DNA of 64,000 bases from a virus. Where the stretch lies: positions 1 through 64,000 of IMG/VR virus record IMGVR_UViG_3300011988_000002. One strand, written 5' to 3'. The notes under the pieces were generated by a model. The model made no database searches. It saw only the letters and a list, made by a program, of their open reading frames with translations, and had not been told where the DNA came from. The position numbers and the translations under genes are program-made. The number at the start of each line of letters is the position of its first letter. Position 1 is the first letter of the stretch. Shown here piece by piece: positions 18,644 through 27,768 of the stretch.

Positions 18644-19481
18644 CTATTTTTATTAAGTTATTTGAACTTCCTTGTACTTTAGGTAGTTGACCATTCCATT
18701 TTTCAATAGTCATCTTTCTTAAAAGTTGTGGAGTTAAAGAATTGCTTTCTATTTCATTTGCTTTTGCTTGTAATTCTTTTTCTCTTAGTGCATATTCAGC
18801 AAGTTTAACTCTATTTTCAGCTTCTACTTGTGCTTTTGCTGATTCTGCCTTAGCTGTTTCAACTTTCTGTTCAGCAACCTTTTTAGCTTCAATTGCCTTT
18901 TCATACTCATCACTAAAGTCATGGTTTACGATAGATACATTTGATACAACCATTCCATATCTTGCAAAGTCATCTTGTAAATCATTAAATATTTCTGTAG
19001 AAATTTGTGCTCTTTTAGTTACAAATTCCTCTATAGTATACTTTGCAATAGTTGCTTGTACTATTTCTTTAACCCTAGGACGAACAAATCTTTCTTGATA
19101 CTTCATTCCAAAGTTTGTATAAAGCTTTTCTGGGTCTTGAATATTTGCTTGAACTGTAAATTCAAGTTTTATACTTTGCATATCCTTAGTTGATACTTCA
19201 AGAGTAGTATCTTGTTCATCTGTTTTACCAAAGATATAACTCTTTTCTCTAGTTTCCATAAATACTTTAGATTGAATAAGTGGATATTTAAAATGTAGTC
19301 CTGGTCCATCTACTCTTGATATATTACCATTTGTAGATACAATTGCCACTTCTCCTGTTTGTACTGTATATACATTAGTTAAGTAAACTATAAGTCCTAC
19401 AAGTATAATAGCACCAACTGCTCCAAACTTAAATACTCTTTTAACATTAAAATCTCCTTCATCATTAACAAAAAATCCCAT
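18636..19481 (-). CDS. SPFH/band-7 (HflC/HflK or prohibitin-like) membrane protein
   Basis: An N-terminal transmembrane segment is followed by an SPFH-like region (YTVQTGEVAIV...) and an EAKKVAEQ coiled-coil tail. Confidence 0.65.
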   Translation of the reverse strand: MGFFVNDEGDFNVKRVFKFGAVGAIILVGLIVYLTNVYTVQTGEVAIVSTNGNISRVDGPGLHFKYPLIQSKVFMETREKSYIFGKTDEQDTTLEVSTKDMQSIKLEFTVQANIQDPEKLYTNFGMKYQERFVRPRVKEIVQATIAKYTIEEFVTKRAQISTEIFNDLQDDFARYGMVVSNVSIVNHDFSDEYEKAIEAKKVAEQKVETAKAESAKAQVEAENRVKLAEYALREKELQAKANEIESNSLTPQLLRKMTIEKWNGQLPKVQGSSNNLIKIDE

Positions 19482-19590
19482 ATTTATTTCCTCCTTTATT
19501 ATATAAGTCTATCTGTTACAATTTTAACTACATCCAATAGTCCATCTACTACAAGTTTAACTATTAGTATTTCAATAAATGTTCTTGTCA

Positions 19591-19794
19591 TCACTCAACT
19601 CCTAACGAACTAGTCATATCTTTAATTATCTTATTTTCTTTTTCTTCTTCTGAATAACATGATTCTGTTCCTATTGATAATAGTTCATAATTAAATGCAT
19701 TATTACCTTGTTTAGATTCATTAGTAGGAACTTTCCTGTTATTTGAGCTTGAACTTGTATTTGGTGTTATAATTCTAGGTATCCAATAAACCAT
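19591..19794 (-). CDS. hypothetical small protein (67 aa)
   Basis: ORF. Confidence 0.4.
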   Translation of the reverse strand: MVYWIPRIITPNTSSSSNNRKVPTNESKQGNNAFNYELLSIGTESCYSEEEKENKIIKDMTSSLGVE

Positions 19795-19797
19795 ATC

Positions 19798-20016
19798 TTA
19801 TTCCTCCTTCTTTATTCTCTTTATAAGTTCTTCCATTTCTTTTTCAATTTCTTTATCCTTTTTATCAGTAACATATCTTGAATATTCAAGATAGCTTACT
19901 CCTAGTAAATATGCTACAGTTAACAGTATAGTTCCTATAGTAAATCCATTCTTTACAAATACAGCAGTTACCACAAGTGCATATATAGAAAGTCTAATAT
20001 AGATTGAATTAAACAT
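19798..20016 (-). CDS. small membrane protein (72 aa)
   Basis: Hydrophobic N-terminal half with a charged, KE-rich tail. Confidence 0.5.
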   Translation of the reverse strand: MFNSIYIRLSIYALVVTAVFVKNGFTIGTILLTVAYLLGVSYLEYSRYVTDKKDKEIEKEMEELIKRIKKEE

Positions 20017-20153
20017 CTATTTATCCTCCTTATCATTATCATTTTTGTTACTATACTTTAATGTAACATATACTATTATACCTGCAAATACAAAACATAC
20101 AAGTATATACATTAGTATAAATAAATATATTTCATCCAAATTAACATCTCCTT

Positions 20154-20543
20154 TTAAAAGTAATCTTTATCATCTACTCCATCAAACTCATCCATATCTA
20201 CATCTGAGTCTCCTTTATCAACTGCTCCTACTTCTTCAACATCATATAATTCATAGTCACCGACACCTAAATCTTTATTATAAGTATACGGTATTTTATA
20301 AAGAGTAGCACCATAATCATATGTTGCAACATCAAGTGCAGTATCTTCAGTCATATGTTGTAATGCTTCTTGTATATTAAGTCCACTTGTTTCTTCAGTT
20401 TTATCTATATATTCATTACATGCATCTTCTATAAATTCATGTATATCTGTATATAAAAATGGGTCACTATATTCACTCATAATAACTATATAACCATTTT
20501 CTTTTGCTTTTAACTCTAATTCTCTCAATATGTCATCTATCAT
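20154..20543 (-). CDS. hypothetical acidic protein, paralog A (129 aa)
   Basis: Shares the blocks ENGYIVIMSEY...EFIEDACNEYIDK...LYKIPYTYN with the adjacent ORF. Confidence 0.6.
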   Translation of the reverse strand: MIDDILRELELKAKENGYIVIMSEYSDPFLYTDIHEFIEDACNEYIDKTEETSGLNIQEALQHMTEDTALDVATYDYGATLYKIPYTYNKDLGVGDYELYDVEEVGAVDKGDSDVDMDEFDGVDDKDYF

Positions 20544-20558
20544 ATTTAATTCCTCCTT

Positions 20559-20894
20559 TTAAATGTTAAATAAGTTTACTTCTTCTGCTTTGCTACTAAA
20601 GCCAGTTCTATCATTTCCTATATTATATAGATATGGTATTCTATATAACTTAGCATTAGGAAATTGTGCCTTTACAAAATTATATCTTTCTTGTGAATCT
20701 TCTAGTTTATTTATACTTTCTATTATATCAGATTTACTACTAAATGGATTCCTTTTATCCTTATATTCTTCGCAAGAACTATAGATAAAGTCTCCAATAG
20801 TTTCAAAATTATCTGGTTCATGTTTCTCAGAAAGTATAAATATATGACCATTTCTTTTACCAACTCTAAGCATTTCTAGATATGTTTCATTCAT
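20559..20894 (-). CDS. hypothetical protein, paralog B (111 aa)
   Basis: Carries RNGHIFILSEK...DFIYSSCEEYKDK...LYRIPYLYN, homologous to the gene downstream of it. Confidence 0.6.
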   Translation of the reverse strand: MNETYLEMLRVGKRNGHIFILSEKHEPDNFETIGDFIYSSCEEYKDKRNPFSSKSDIIESINKLEDSQERYNFVKAQFPNAKLYRIPYLYNIGNDRTGFSSKAEEVNLFNI

Positions 20895-21266
20895 ATCTCT
20901 TTCCTCCTGTTAATTTAATATTCTTCAATAATATAAGCTATTCCAAAAATTGCCGACAGTGTTAGATATAGGGTTATCATAAAACCCACCTCCTTTTAGA
21001 CTTAGTTTTGTCTTAATTTTAGACTCATATGTATCTTAGTATTAGAATGATTGATTATTCGATTTTAAGGGTATTATAGTGAATTCTGAAGGGTGTTTAA
21101 ATACGAAGCTACATTAAATCAAACTATGATATATAAGAGTTTTTATGGAAGACTTTACGAAGAAAATAGGTATTTCTAACTAATTTAATGCTTATATATA
21201 ATAAAGTGTAATAATCTTTTATATATATGAGATTATTATAAATAAAATTATATTGGAGGTATTAAA
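20895..21266. promoter_or_regulatory. divergent intergenic region expected to hold promoters for the 20894 minus-strand block and the 21267 plus-strand block
   Basis: 372-nt AT-rich gap lacking ORFs between divergently oriented genes. It contains the first copy of the 14-mer AAGACTTTACGAAG. Confidence 0.3.
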
Positions 21267-21497
21267 ATGGAAGATTTAAAAGATTTTGGAGGACTAATTG
21301 ATGAAACAGGTAAGACTATTAAAATGGCACGTTACGCTACTTACGCTAAGTATGCTGTAGCCGCTGTTGTGGTTGGAGTTGGAGGATACTACTTATACAA
21401 GGGTGTAAAAGCTCTTGAAGGAATCCAAGCTGGTATTAAGCAACTATCAGCTGAGGAGCTAAAAGGAGCTCCATCAGATGACGTTGTAGATTTATAA
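21267..21497 (+). CDS. small membrane protein (76 aa)
   Basis: Shine-Dalgarno GGAGG upstream; one transmembrane segment, AVAAVVVGVGGYYLY. Confidence 0.55.
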   Translation: MEDLKDFGGLIDETGKTIKMARYATYAKYAVAAVVVGVGGYYLYKGVKALEGIQAGIKQLSAEELKGAPSDDVVDL

Positions 21498-21509
21498 TCT
21501 ACAACATTA

Positions 21510-21546
21510 AAAGAATAGTTTGAAATATAACTATTCTTTTTTTCGT
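21510..21546 (+). terminator. rho-independent terminator
   Basis: AAGAATAGTT-n9-AACTATTCTT hairpin followed by TTTTTTT. Confidence 0.6.
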
Positions 21547-21610
21547 CTTTTAAATCAAATACAATGATTTCTGTTACAACAAAAAGACTTTACGAAGGAG
21601 AATTGATATT

Positions 21611-23179
21611 ATGATTTCAGATGTAGAAATATTAAACTGTGTATCACTTGGTTATCTTGAAGAATTTGGTAAATCAGAACATGGTAAAACTGTACCAGAA
21701 CTTATGTATGATAAACCATATGTTACACCAACAGAACGTTCTATTTATTGGAACTATAAACTAAATGGAGAATATATCTATAGAGATAAACTCAAAGATT
21801 GGAAGCTTGTCTATACTTCTGACTTTAATCGTATTTGTAATGAATACTTGCTGCTTGATGAGAAAGTAGATAATGGATTTCGTGCAACTATTTGGCGTAA
21901 GGATAATTATGTTGTACTTGCATTTACAGGTACAAATGACCTAGATGATATGATAGATGATATAGACCTTGCTTATAATAATAACTTTAACGACCAACTT
22001 TCTGCTGCATTTATGCTTTATAAATATACAGAAAAATACTTCCTTAACGAAGGAGATACACTTTATATTGCAGGTCATAGCTTAGGTGGAGCACTTGCAC
22101 AATTTGTATATGGATGCATTCCTAAACATAGTAGATATATTAGACTTGCAACATTTAATGGACTTGGAATAGGAGTACATAAAGGAGACTACGTAATAGA
22201 TAAGCCACTTTTTGTTAAAATGATTAGTAGATATTTAATTGATGTACCAGAAAGAAGTTATATAGTAAGCGAAATGTGGGATTATATGTTTGGAGGATAC
22301 TATCTTGAAAAGCACCCAATAGAAGATAAAGAAAAGACTATTGATTTTATTATCACAAGACTAAGAATAAGTTTTGCAGATAGTAATTTACAAAGTGGAT
22401 TTCTTAAAGTATTTTCTTTTTTTAAGCTTAAGTTTTCTAAAGTTGCAAAAGATGATAAATATACAGCTAAAATACCACTTGACCATATTAAATATGTAAG
22501 CAATATGATTTATTATATGTGTTATACAAGTTATTTATTCCATAAGTACCATATGAATGCTTTTTATAATACTAATGGAAGTAACTTCTATTTTAGTGAA
22601 GACTGGGTTCCTAATCTTCAAACTTCACTAGGTGTTAGATACTGTCTTGATAAAGGTGATATTGGATTTGATATAGCAGATGATAGTAAAACTAGAATAA
22701 TAAAGTCTACTATTACTAAAGTTGGATTTAAAAGACATTCCGTAGGACTGTTTATTATGTATCTTGATATACATGGAGATTTAAAAAAGAATGGAACTAT
22801 GAATGCTGCTTTTATTTATAATATGTATAAAGAACTTGTATATAGCTGGCTTGAAAGAGAAAGGGTTATTGGAAGAGAGCACACATATGATATGTTAAGA
22901 AGTGAAGATGGAAGGAATATACTGTTTGTAGATAGAGTAACACTTGAACACGCAAGTAATATAGATACAGACATACTTACCAAAAAAGACATAACTTTTC
23001 TAGAAAAAAGATTTACACTAGGTGCTGAGTATAAAAGAAGTTTATTTAAAAATAGCATAAAAATAGAAGAAAATGAAAAGAATGAAGTATGGGTTGGTAC
23101 ATGTGATAACTTTAGTTATATGGAAGTAAATGCAGAAAGATTACCACTTGTGTTAATTGAATATAAGGGAAGAAAATAA
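21611..23179 (+). CDS. Lipase_3 (class 3 lipase / alpha-beta hydrolase) domain protein with a C-terminal extension of unknown function (522 aa)
   Basis: VVLAFTGTND and the nucleophile-elbow motif YIAGHSLGGALAQF are present. A Shine-Dalgarno GGAG sits upstream. Confidence 0.75.
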   Translation: MISDVEILNCVSLGYLEEFGKSEHGKTVPELMYDKPYVTPTERSIYWNYKLNGEYIYRDKLKDWKLVYTSDFNRICNEYLLLDEKVDNGFRATIWRKDNYVVLAFTGTNDLDDMIDDIDLAYNNNFNDQLSAAFMLYKYTEKYFLNEGDTLYIAGHSLGGALAQFVYGCIPKHSRYIRLATFNGLGIGVHKGDYVIDKPLFVKMISRYLIDVPERSYIVSEMWDYMFGGYYLEKHPIEDKEKTIDFIITRLRISFADSNLQSGFLKVFSFFKLKFSKVAKDDKYTAKIPLDHIKYVSNMIYYMCYTSYLFHKYHMNAFYNTNGSNFYFSEDWVPNLQTSLGVRYCLDKGDIGFDIADDSKTRIIKSTITKVGFKRHSVGLFIMYLDIHGDLKKNGTMNAAFIYNMYKELVYSWLERERVIGREHTYDMLRSEDGRNILFVDRVTLEHASNIDTDILTKKDITFLEKRFTLGAEYKRSLFKNSIKIEENEKNEVWVGTCDNFSYMEVNAERLPLVLIEYKGRK

Positions 23180-23228
23180 GAAAAAAAGAAACCCTAGATG
23201 TTTAGTCTAGGGTTATCTTCTTTATTCT
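23180..23228. terminator. bidirectional rho-independent terminator between convergent genes
   Basis: AACCCTAGAT-GTTT-AGTCTAGGGTT hairpin with an A-run upstream and a T-rich stretch downstream. Confidence 0.6.
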
Positions 23229-23746
23229 TCTACCCAGTATGATTCTTCATCACAATTAGACGAATCATTGTATTCTGGTTCTGGGTATTGATATTCAAAA
23301 TAGTCAGATGGACCTCCATATGTATATCCATTCTTTAAAAGCTTTTTAAGTATTTTACTATCATGTATATCATACCAATATAAGTTAAATGCATCATACA
23401 ATTGACCATTTTCAAGAATATACAAATCACCACATTTATTATGATAATGTGCATTCTTAAATATATTAAGAACTTTATAGTGAAATTTATCAGATATACA
23501 TATTCTATTATCTTGATGTATACGGTTATTATACCATACATCTTTTAAAACTTTATAAATGGTTTTAATGTTTATATTACAAAATTCTAAACTACCATCA
23601 TCACATAAATTACAAACATGTCCATAATCACCATACCAGTCTTTACCTGATATAATGTTAAGTTGTTTGCATCCAAAGAATTCCATACATTCCTTAATAA
23701 AGTTTTTCATTTCCACTTGTTTATTATTTTTTCTCATATAAATCAT
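23222..23746 (-). CDS. hypothetical Cys-rich protein (174 aa)
   Basis: ORF. Confidence 0.55.
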   Translation of the reverse strand: MIYMRKNNKQVEMKNFIKECMEFFGCKQLNIISGKDWYGDYGHVCNLCDDGSLEFCNINIKTIYKVLKDVWYNNRIHQDNRICISDKFHYKVLNIFKNAHYHNKCGDLYILENGQLYDAFNLYWYDIHDSKILKKLLKNGYTYGGPSDYFEYQYPEPEYNDSSNCDEESYWVEE

Positions 23747-23825
23747 CTCCTTCAGTTCTTTAATCTACACTATGAGACCAATGTAGAGAACCTTATTTTA
23801 TTTTTTAAACATAAATATCTCAATA

Positions 23826-25022
23826 TTATTTTAAAAATACACCATTTATATCAGCATAATCATCAACTATAATTTCCACCATATCTTCTTCTTTTACTTC
23901 AGATATAGATTTGATTTTAATTGGCTGTTGATACTCATAAAACTTCTTCAAAAACTTATAAGTTTCAGAACCATTATCATCACAAAGTGCATAAAATATG
24001 GATTTACAACTTGCTGGGTAGTCATTCTGTGTACCATAGGTATTCCAACTAGGATTAACATAAACTAAACTTCTTGCACCAGTATATTTACAACTCTCAT
24101 CTACATTCATAGAATAATTACAATCATCTGCATTTATTTGATAAACAGTTCTTGGTATAGTATGACCACCACTGTATAAATTATTAATTCTCATAAGTCC
24201 ATTTATACCTATAGTATGCATAAAGTTTGCATAATTAAGTACAGTATTATAGCTTTTCTTTGAAAACCCACCAACTGTTATAGGTTTTCCATTAGATAGA
24301 ATAATTTCATAGTAACTCATTAATTTTAAAAATTTATAAAATCTTATTCTAGTATCTTTGTCAGCCACAAATAAACAGTTTGGAATGTTTTTAGTTCCAA
24401 TATCTATTCCATACTTTTCTATAACTTTAAAAACTTCACCAGCATCTTTATAATTAAGTCTAAAACCATACTGAGATTCTTTGTACTTTCCTAACTTTTT
24501 GTAAGATATATTTATTTTATTTTGTTTGTTCTTTGGTACAAATCTTTTAAATATCTTTTCTACATATTCTTTATTATTTGTAAAAAATGTAAATACAGAA
24601 CATCCATGGTCAACATATGTATTGCATGTATTTAGTATAATTGCAATATCTTCTAGTTCATTATCATCTAAATGAATACAGTTTTCTTCATCCATAAGCT
24701 GATTTCCAAATACTAGTATATTAGATTTCTTAAGCTCAGCAATTTTAGTACTTGCAATACTATAACTTTTAGGTAATATATGAAGTATGTTTGTATCACT
24801 TGATGAAATTATATGTGTACCATTTCTTAAACCTAATTTAATAGAATCAGATTTAACATCAGTATACCCTTCATTTACCTTTACCCAATTTCCAAATGTA
24901 CTTCTAAGCTCAACTGTATTACCACCTTGAACCAACTTAACAACTTCTTCAGCTGTTATAAAACCAATACCTCTTACAAAAACTTGCATTCTTTTTTCAA
25001 TCTTCATTTTAAATACCTCCAA
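23826..25022 (-). CDS. hypothetical protein (398 aa)
   Basis: Long ORF. Confidence 0.65.
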   Translation of the reverse strand: MEVFKMKIEKRMQVFVRGIGFITAEEVVKLVQGGNTVELRSTFGNWVKVNEGYTDVKSDSIKLGLRNGTHIISSSDTNILHILPKSYSIASTKIAELKKSNILVFGNQLMDEENCIHLDDNELEDIAIILNTCNTYVDHGCSVFTFFTNNKEYVEKIFKRFVPKNKQNKINISYKKLGKYKESQYGFRLNYKDAGEVFKVIEKYGIDIGTKNIPNCLFVADKDTRIRFYKFLKLMSYYEIILSNGKPITVGGFSKKSYNTVLNYANFMHTIGINGLMRINNLYSGGHTIPRTVYQINADDCNYSMNVDESCKYTGARSLVYVNPSWNTYGTQNDYPASCKSIFYALCDDNGSETYKFLKKFYEYQQPIKIKSISEVKEEDMVEIIVDDYADINGVFLK

Positions 25023-25132
25023 ATATAATTATTTGACACGCCTAAGTATCACTATATTATATGTAATTAATCTTAATTAAATGCGGAAAAAAAAAGAATA
25101 ACCCAGATTTCTCTGAGCTATTCTTTGTGTTA

Positions 25133-25429
25133 TTATCCTAAACTAGATTTTACAAGTTTACCTATTTTAAGACCCTTTATACCATTTGATTCTTCTTGGA
25201 GACTTTGTATCTCATTGATGTCATCGTCATCATCTTCATCGTATTTTTGATATATAAGAAGAATATAATCAGACATAGTTTTTATATCATCTAAATAATA
25301 GTCATATTCAGTTGCAAGATACGCACATGTATCTAAAACAGTATTTATACTAATCTCATCTGTACGTTTTATTGATACAAATACAACAACTGTTTCATTA
25401 TCTTTACTAAATAAATCTCTATATTTCAT
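25133..25429 (-). CDS. hypothetical acidic protein (98 aa)
   Basis: ORF. Confidence 0.45.
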   Translation of the reverse strand: MKYRDLFSKDNETVVVFVSIKRTDEISINTVLDTCAYLATEYDYYLDDIKTMSDYILLIYQKYDEDDDDDINEIQSLQEESNGIKGLKIGKLVKSSLG

Positions 25430-25718
25430 TTACTACCCTCCTTTGTATAGGTGTAAGTGGTGTATCGTCTTTGGTTTTGCATTTAATTTTTCTAAAATTA
25501 AGAACTATGTATTTATCATTATAGAAACTTTCTCTTAGTTCAAATTGATAATTATTTGCAATTCCTAAGCAGTAATTTATATCGTAGTTCATATCATAAA
25601 TAAATCCATTATGGTCAAATAAAGGAATTATAATCCTAATTTTATCATTATTTCCATACATTTCAAAAATCTCAGTATAATTAATTCTTGTCTTTTTCAT
25701 TCTATCCATAGTTATCAT
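25419..25718 (-). CDS. hypothetical protein (99 aa)
   Basis: ORF. Confidence 0.45.
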   Translation of the reverse strand: MITMDRMKKTRINYTEIFEMYGNNDKIRIIIPLFDHNGFIYDMNYDINYCLGIANNYQFELRESFYNDKYIVLNFRKIKCKTKDDTPLTPIQRRVVNEI

Positions 25719-26185
25719 ATCACTGACCTCTCTACTACCAAATTTAAGTACATTCCAGCAAATCCTATAATAGTATAGACTATTACATATATAAAGAATA
25801 TTACTATTTTATCAAGATATGTAATTTTAAGTGCTTTTACAAACTTATCATAATCTTTATTATTTATACTAAGTGTATTTAAGTAGTCCACTCTATCTTT
25901 AAGTATAACATTCTTACCTATTGCAGTAAGAGATAATATAAATAATATAAAATAGAAATGCATTGGTTTTATTGAACCAACTACATAATGTCTTATATCT
26001 GAAACTACTCTTAATTTAGTCAATATAAATATAGAGACTAAAACTGCGATAATAGATATCGCAGTTATTATAATCTTATTTTTACGTTCCCAATCATGTA
26101 TAAGAGACACTTTTGGGTAGTAATTAGTTACTTTCATTTTCTTCTCCTTTATCTTGGTTAAGTTTTCTTTCTTGTTTACGGTCAT
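25715..26185 (-). CDS. small multi-pass membrane protein (156 aa)
   Basis: About three hydrophobic segments; contains KDYDKFVKALKI. Confidence 0.55.
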   Translation of the reverse strand: MTVNKKENLTKIKEKKMKVTNYYPKVSLIHDWERKNKIIITAISIIAVLVSIFILTKLRVVSDIRHYVVGSIKPMHFYFILFILSLTAIGKNVILKDRVDYLNTLSINNKDYDKFVKALKITYLDKIVIFFIYVIVYTIIGFAGMYLNLVVERSVI

Positions 26186-26531
26186 AAAGTGTCTTAAAGA
26201 AGAAGTCTATTATTTCAGGATTAACTAGTGGTAATTCACTTGGGTCACTATTTAATACCAAATCAATAGTTTCTTCAAGAGCTGCATCAATGTCATCTCT
26301 GTGTACATCTTGTTTTTCAGGTGCTTCATATGTATCACATACAATAAGAGCCTTTACAAATGCTTTGTAGTCATCTTTATTCTTGCTCCATTTTTGCATA
26401 GTATCAACTATTTCAATATAAGTTAATGCTTCTTTTACTACTTCTTGAACAGTCTTTTCAATCTTTTCTTCCTTTCTTAATTCATTTTTTACTTCCTTTT
26501 CAACTTCTTTTACTACATTTTCAGTATTCAT
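26124..26531 (-). CDS. hypothetical acidic protein (135 aa)
   Basis: Contains KDDYKAFVKALIV, related to the motif in the downstream membrane protein. Confidence 0.5.
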   Translation of the reverse strand: MNTENVVKEVEKEVKNELRKEEKIEKTVQEVVKEALTYIEIVDTMQKWSKNKDDYKAFVKALIVCDTYEAPEKQDVHRDDIDAALEETIDLVLNSDPSELPLVNPEIIDFFFKTLYDRKQERKLNQDKGEENESN

Positions 26532-26553
26532 AACTAAAACCTCCTAATATTTA

Positions 26554-26937
26554 TTAAAATAAAAGCATTAAAGCTTTAAAAACAGCATAATTAAACAGTA
26601 TATAAACAAGTGTGTTTATACTTATAGACTTTGTATAGAACTCATCAGTCATAGCTATTGCTTTCATCTCAAGTTCAAATATCAAATCTGAATCATACTT
26701 TTTCATACATGCCCAATGTACAACTCTTCCAAATAAATCAACCACACATATAGCAATATAACATAGACTAAATAGACTAAATATTTTAAAGTTATCCATA
26801 GTAAAATTTGCAATAATAAGTATTACCAGTCCAATAACCACTGATTTAAGTCTAAGTTCATTTGAGAAATCATGAGATATACCATCTCTTATTAAAATCT
26901 CTTCCATCTCTTTTTGCTTATCATAAAATGTCTTCAT
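26554..26937 (-). CDS. small multi-pass membrane protein (127 aa)
   Basis: Hydrophobic segments present. Confidence 0.55.
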   Translation of the reverse strand: MKTFYDKQKEMEEILIRDGISHDFSNELRLKSVVIGLVILIIANFTMDNFKIFSLFSLCYIAICVVDLFGRVVHWACMKKYDSDLIFELEMKAIAMTDEFYTKSISINTLVYILFNYAVFKALMLLF

Positions 26938-27344
26938 TGTATCACTCCCATTATAAACCCTGATATATAAAATACAAATAAATTAAATACTAAACAGAAT
27001 ACTTTCCATATATTTGAAACTAACTTATTTGAATTTCTTTCACAATTCATTCTAAATGTATATAGTTCTCCATATGATTTATTTTTTAATAAACCTGGAA
27101 TAACCATATGTATATAAATATATCCAGGTATATCAACACATATAATAACAGAACATATTACCATATGTATTAGAAATTTAATCATTAATAAATCTGCTTT
27201 TGGTATAAATAGAAGCATAGCTACACTTATACCAATAAATCCAAATCTAATAGATTCCCATCTAAATGCATATCTAATTATATTATAGATATATGTTATT
27301 TGTATTTCTCTATCTGTTTTAGTTTCATTAAATTTATTATTCAT
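26934..27344 (-). CDS. small multi-pass membrane protein (136 aa)
   Basis: Hydrophobic segments present. Confidence 0.55.
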   Translation of the reverse strand: MNNKFNETKTDREIQITYIYNIIRYAFRWESIRFGFIGISVAMLLFIPKADLLMIKFLIHMVICSVIICVDIPGYIYIHMVIPGLLKNKSYGELYTFRMNCERNSNKLVSNIWKVFCLVFNLFVFYISGFIMGVIQ

Positions 27345-27353
27345 TTACACCTC

Positions 27354-27758
27354 CTACTCTATAAATAATCTTAATATAATAATCACTATACTAAATACTA
27401 TCATGTAAACTATGAATAGAATTGCTATCCATCTATATGGTACTATTTTTACTCCATTACGTATATGCCATACTACTGCATCCAAAGCATCATTTATTTC
27501 ACTATGTGACATATTTGATGTTTCTTTATCTATACGGTAATTAACATATATATTTCCAAGAATATCAAATGCACCTAATAATAACAGTATTGAAGCAGGT
27601 ACTACAATCTCTAAATTTGTAGTTGTTTTCCATAAGAATAAAGATATTACTGATACTATAAATGATGTTATAAAACTAACATCTCTATATACTTGCATAT
27701 ACTCAATCTTTAAATTACGTTTAGTAATATTAATATCTCTTGGTTTAGTAAGTAACAT
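27354..27758 (-). CDS. small multi-pass membrane protein (134 aa)
   Basis: Hydrophobic segments present. Confidence 0.55.
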   Translation of the reverse strand: MLLTKPRDINITKRNLKIEYMQVYRDVSFITSFIVSVISLFLWKTTTNLEIVVPASILLLLGAFDILGNIYVNYRIDKETSNMSHSEINDALDAVVWHIRNGVKIVPYRWIAILFIVYMIVFSIVIIILRLFIE

Positions 27759-27768
27759 AATATTCCTC

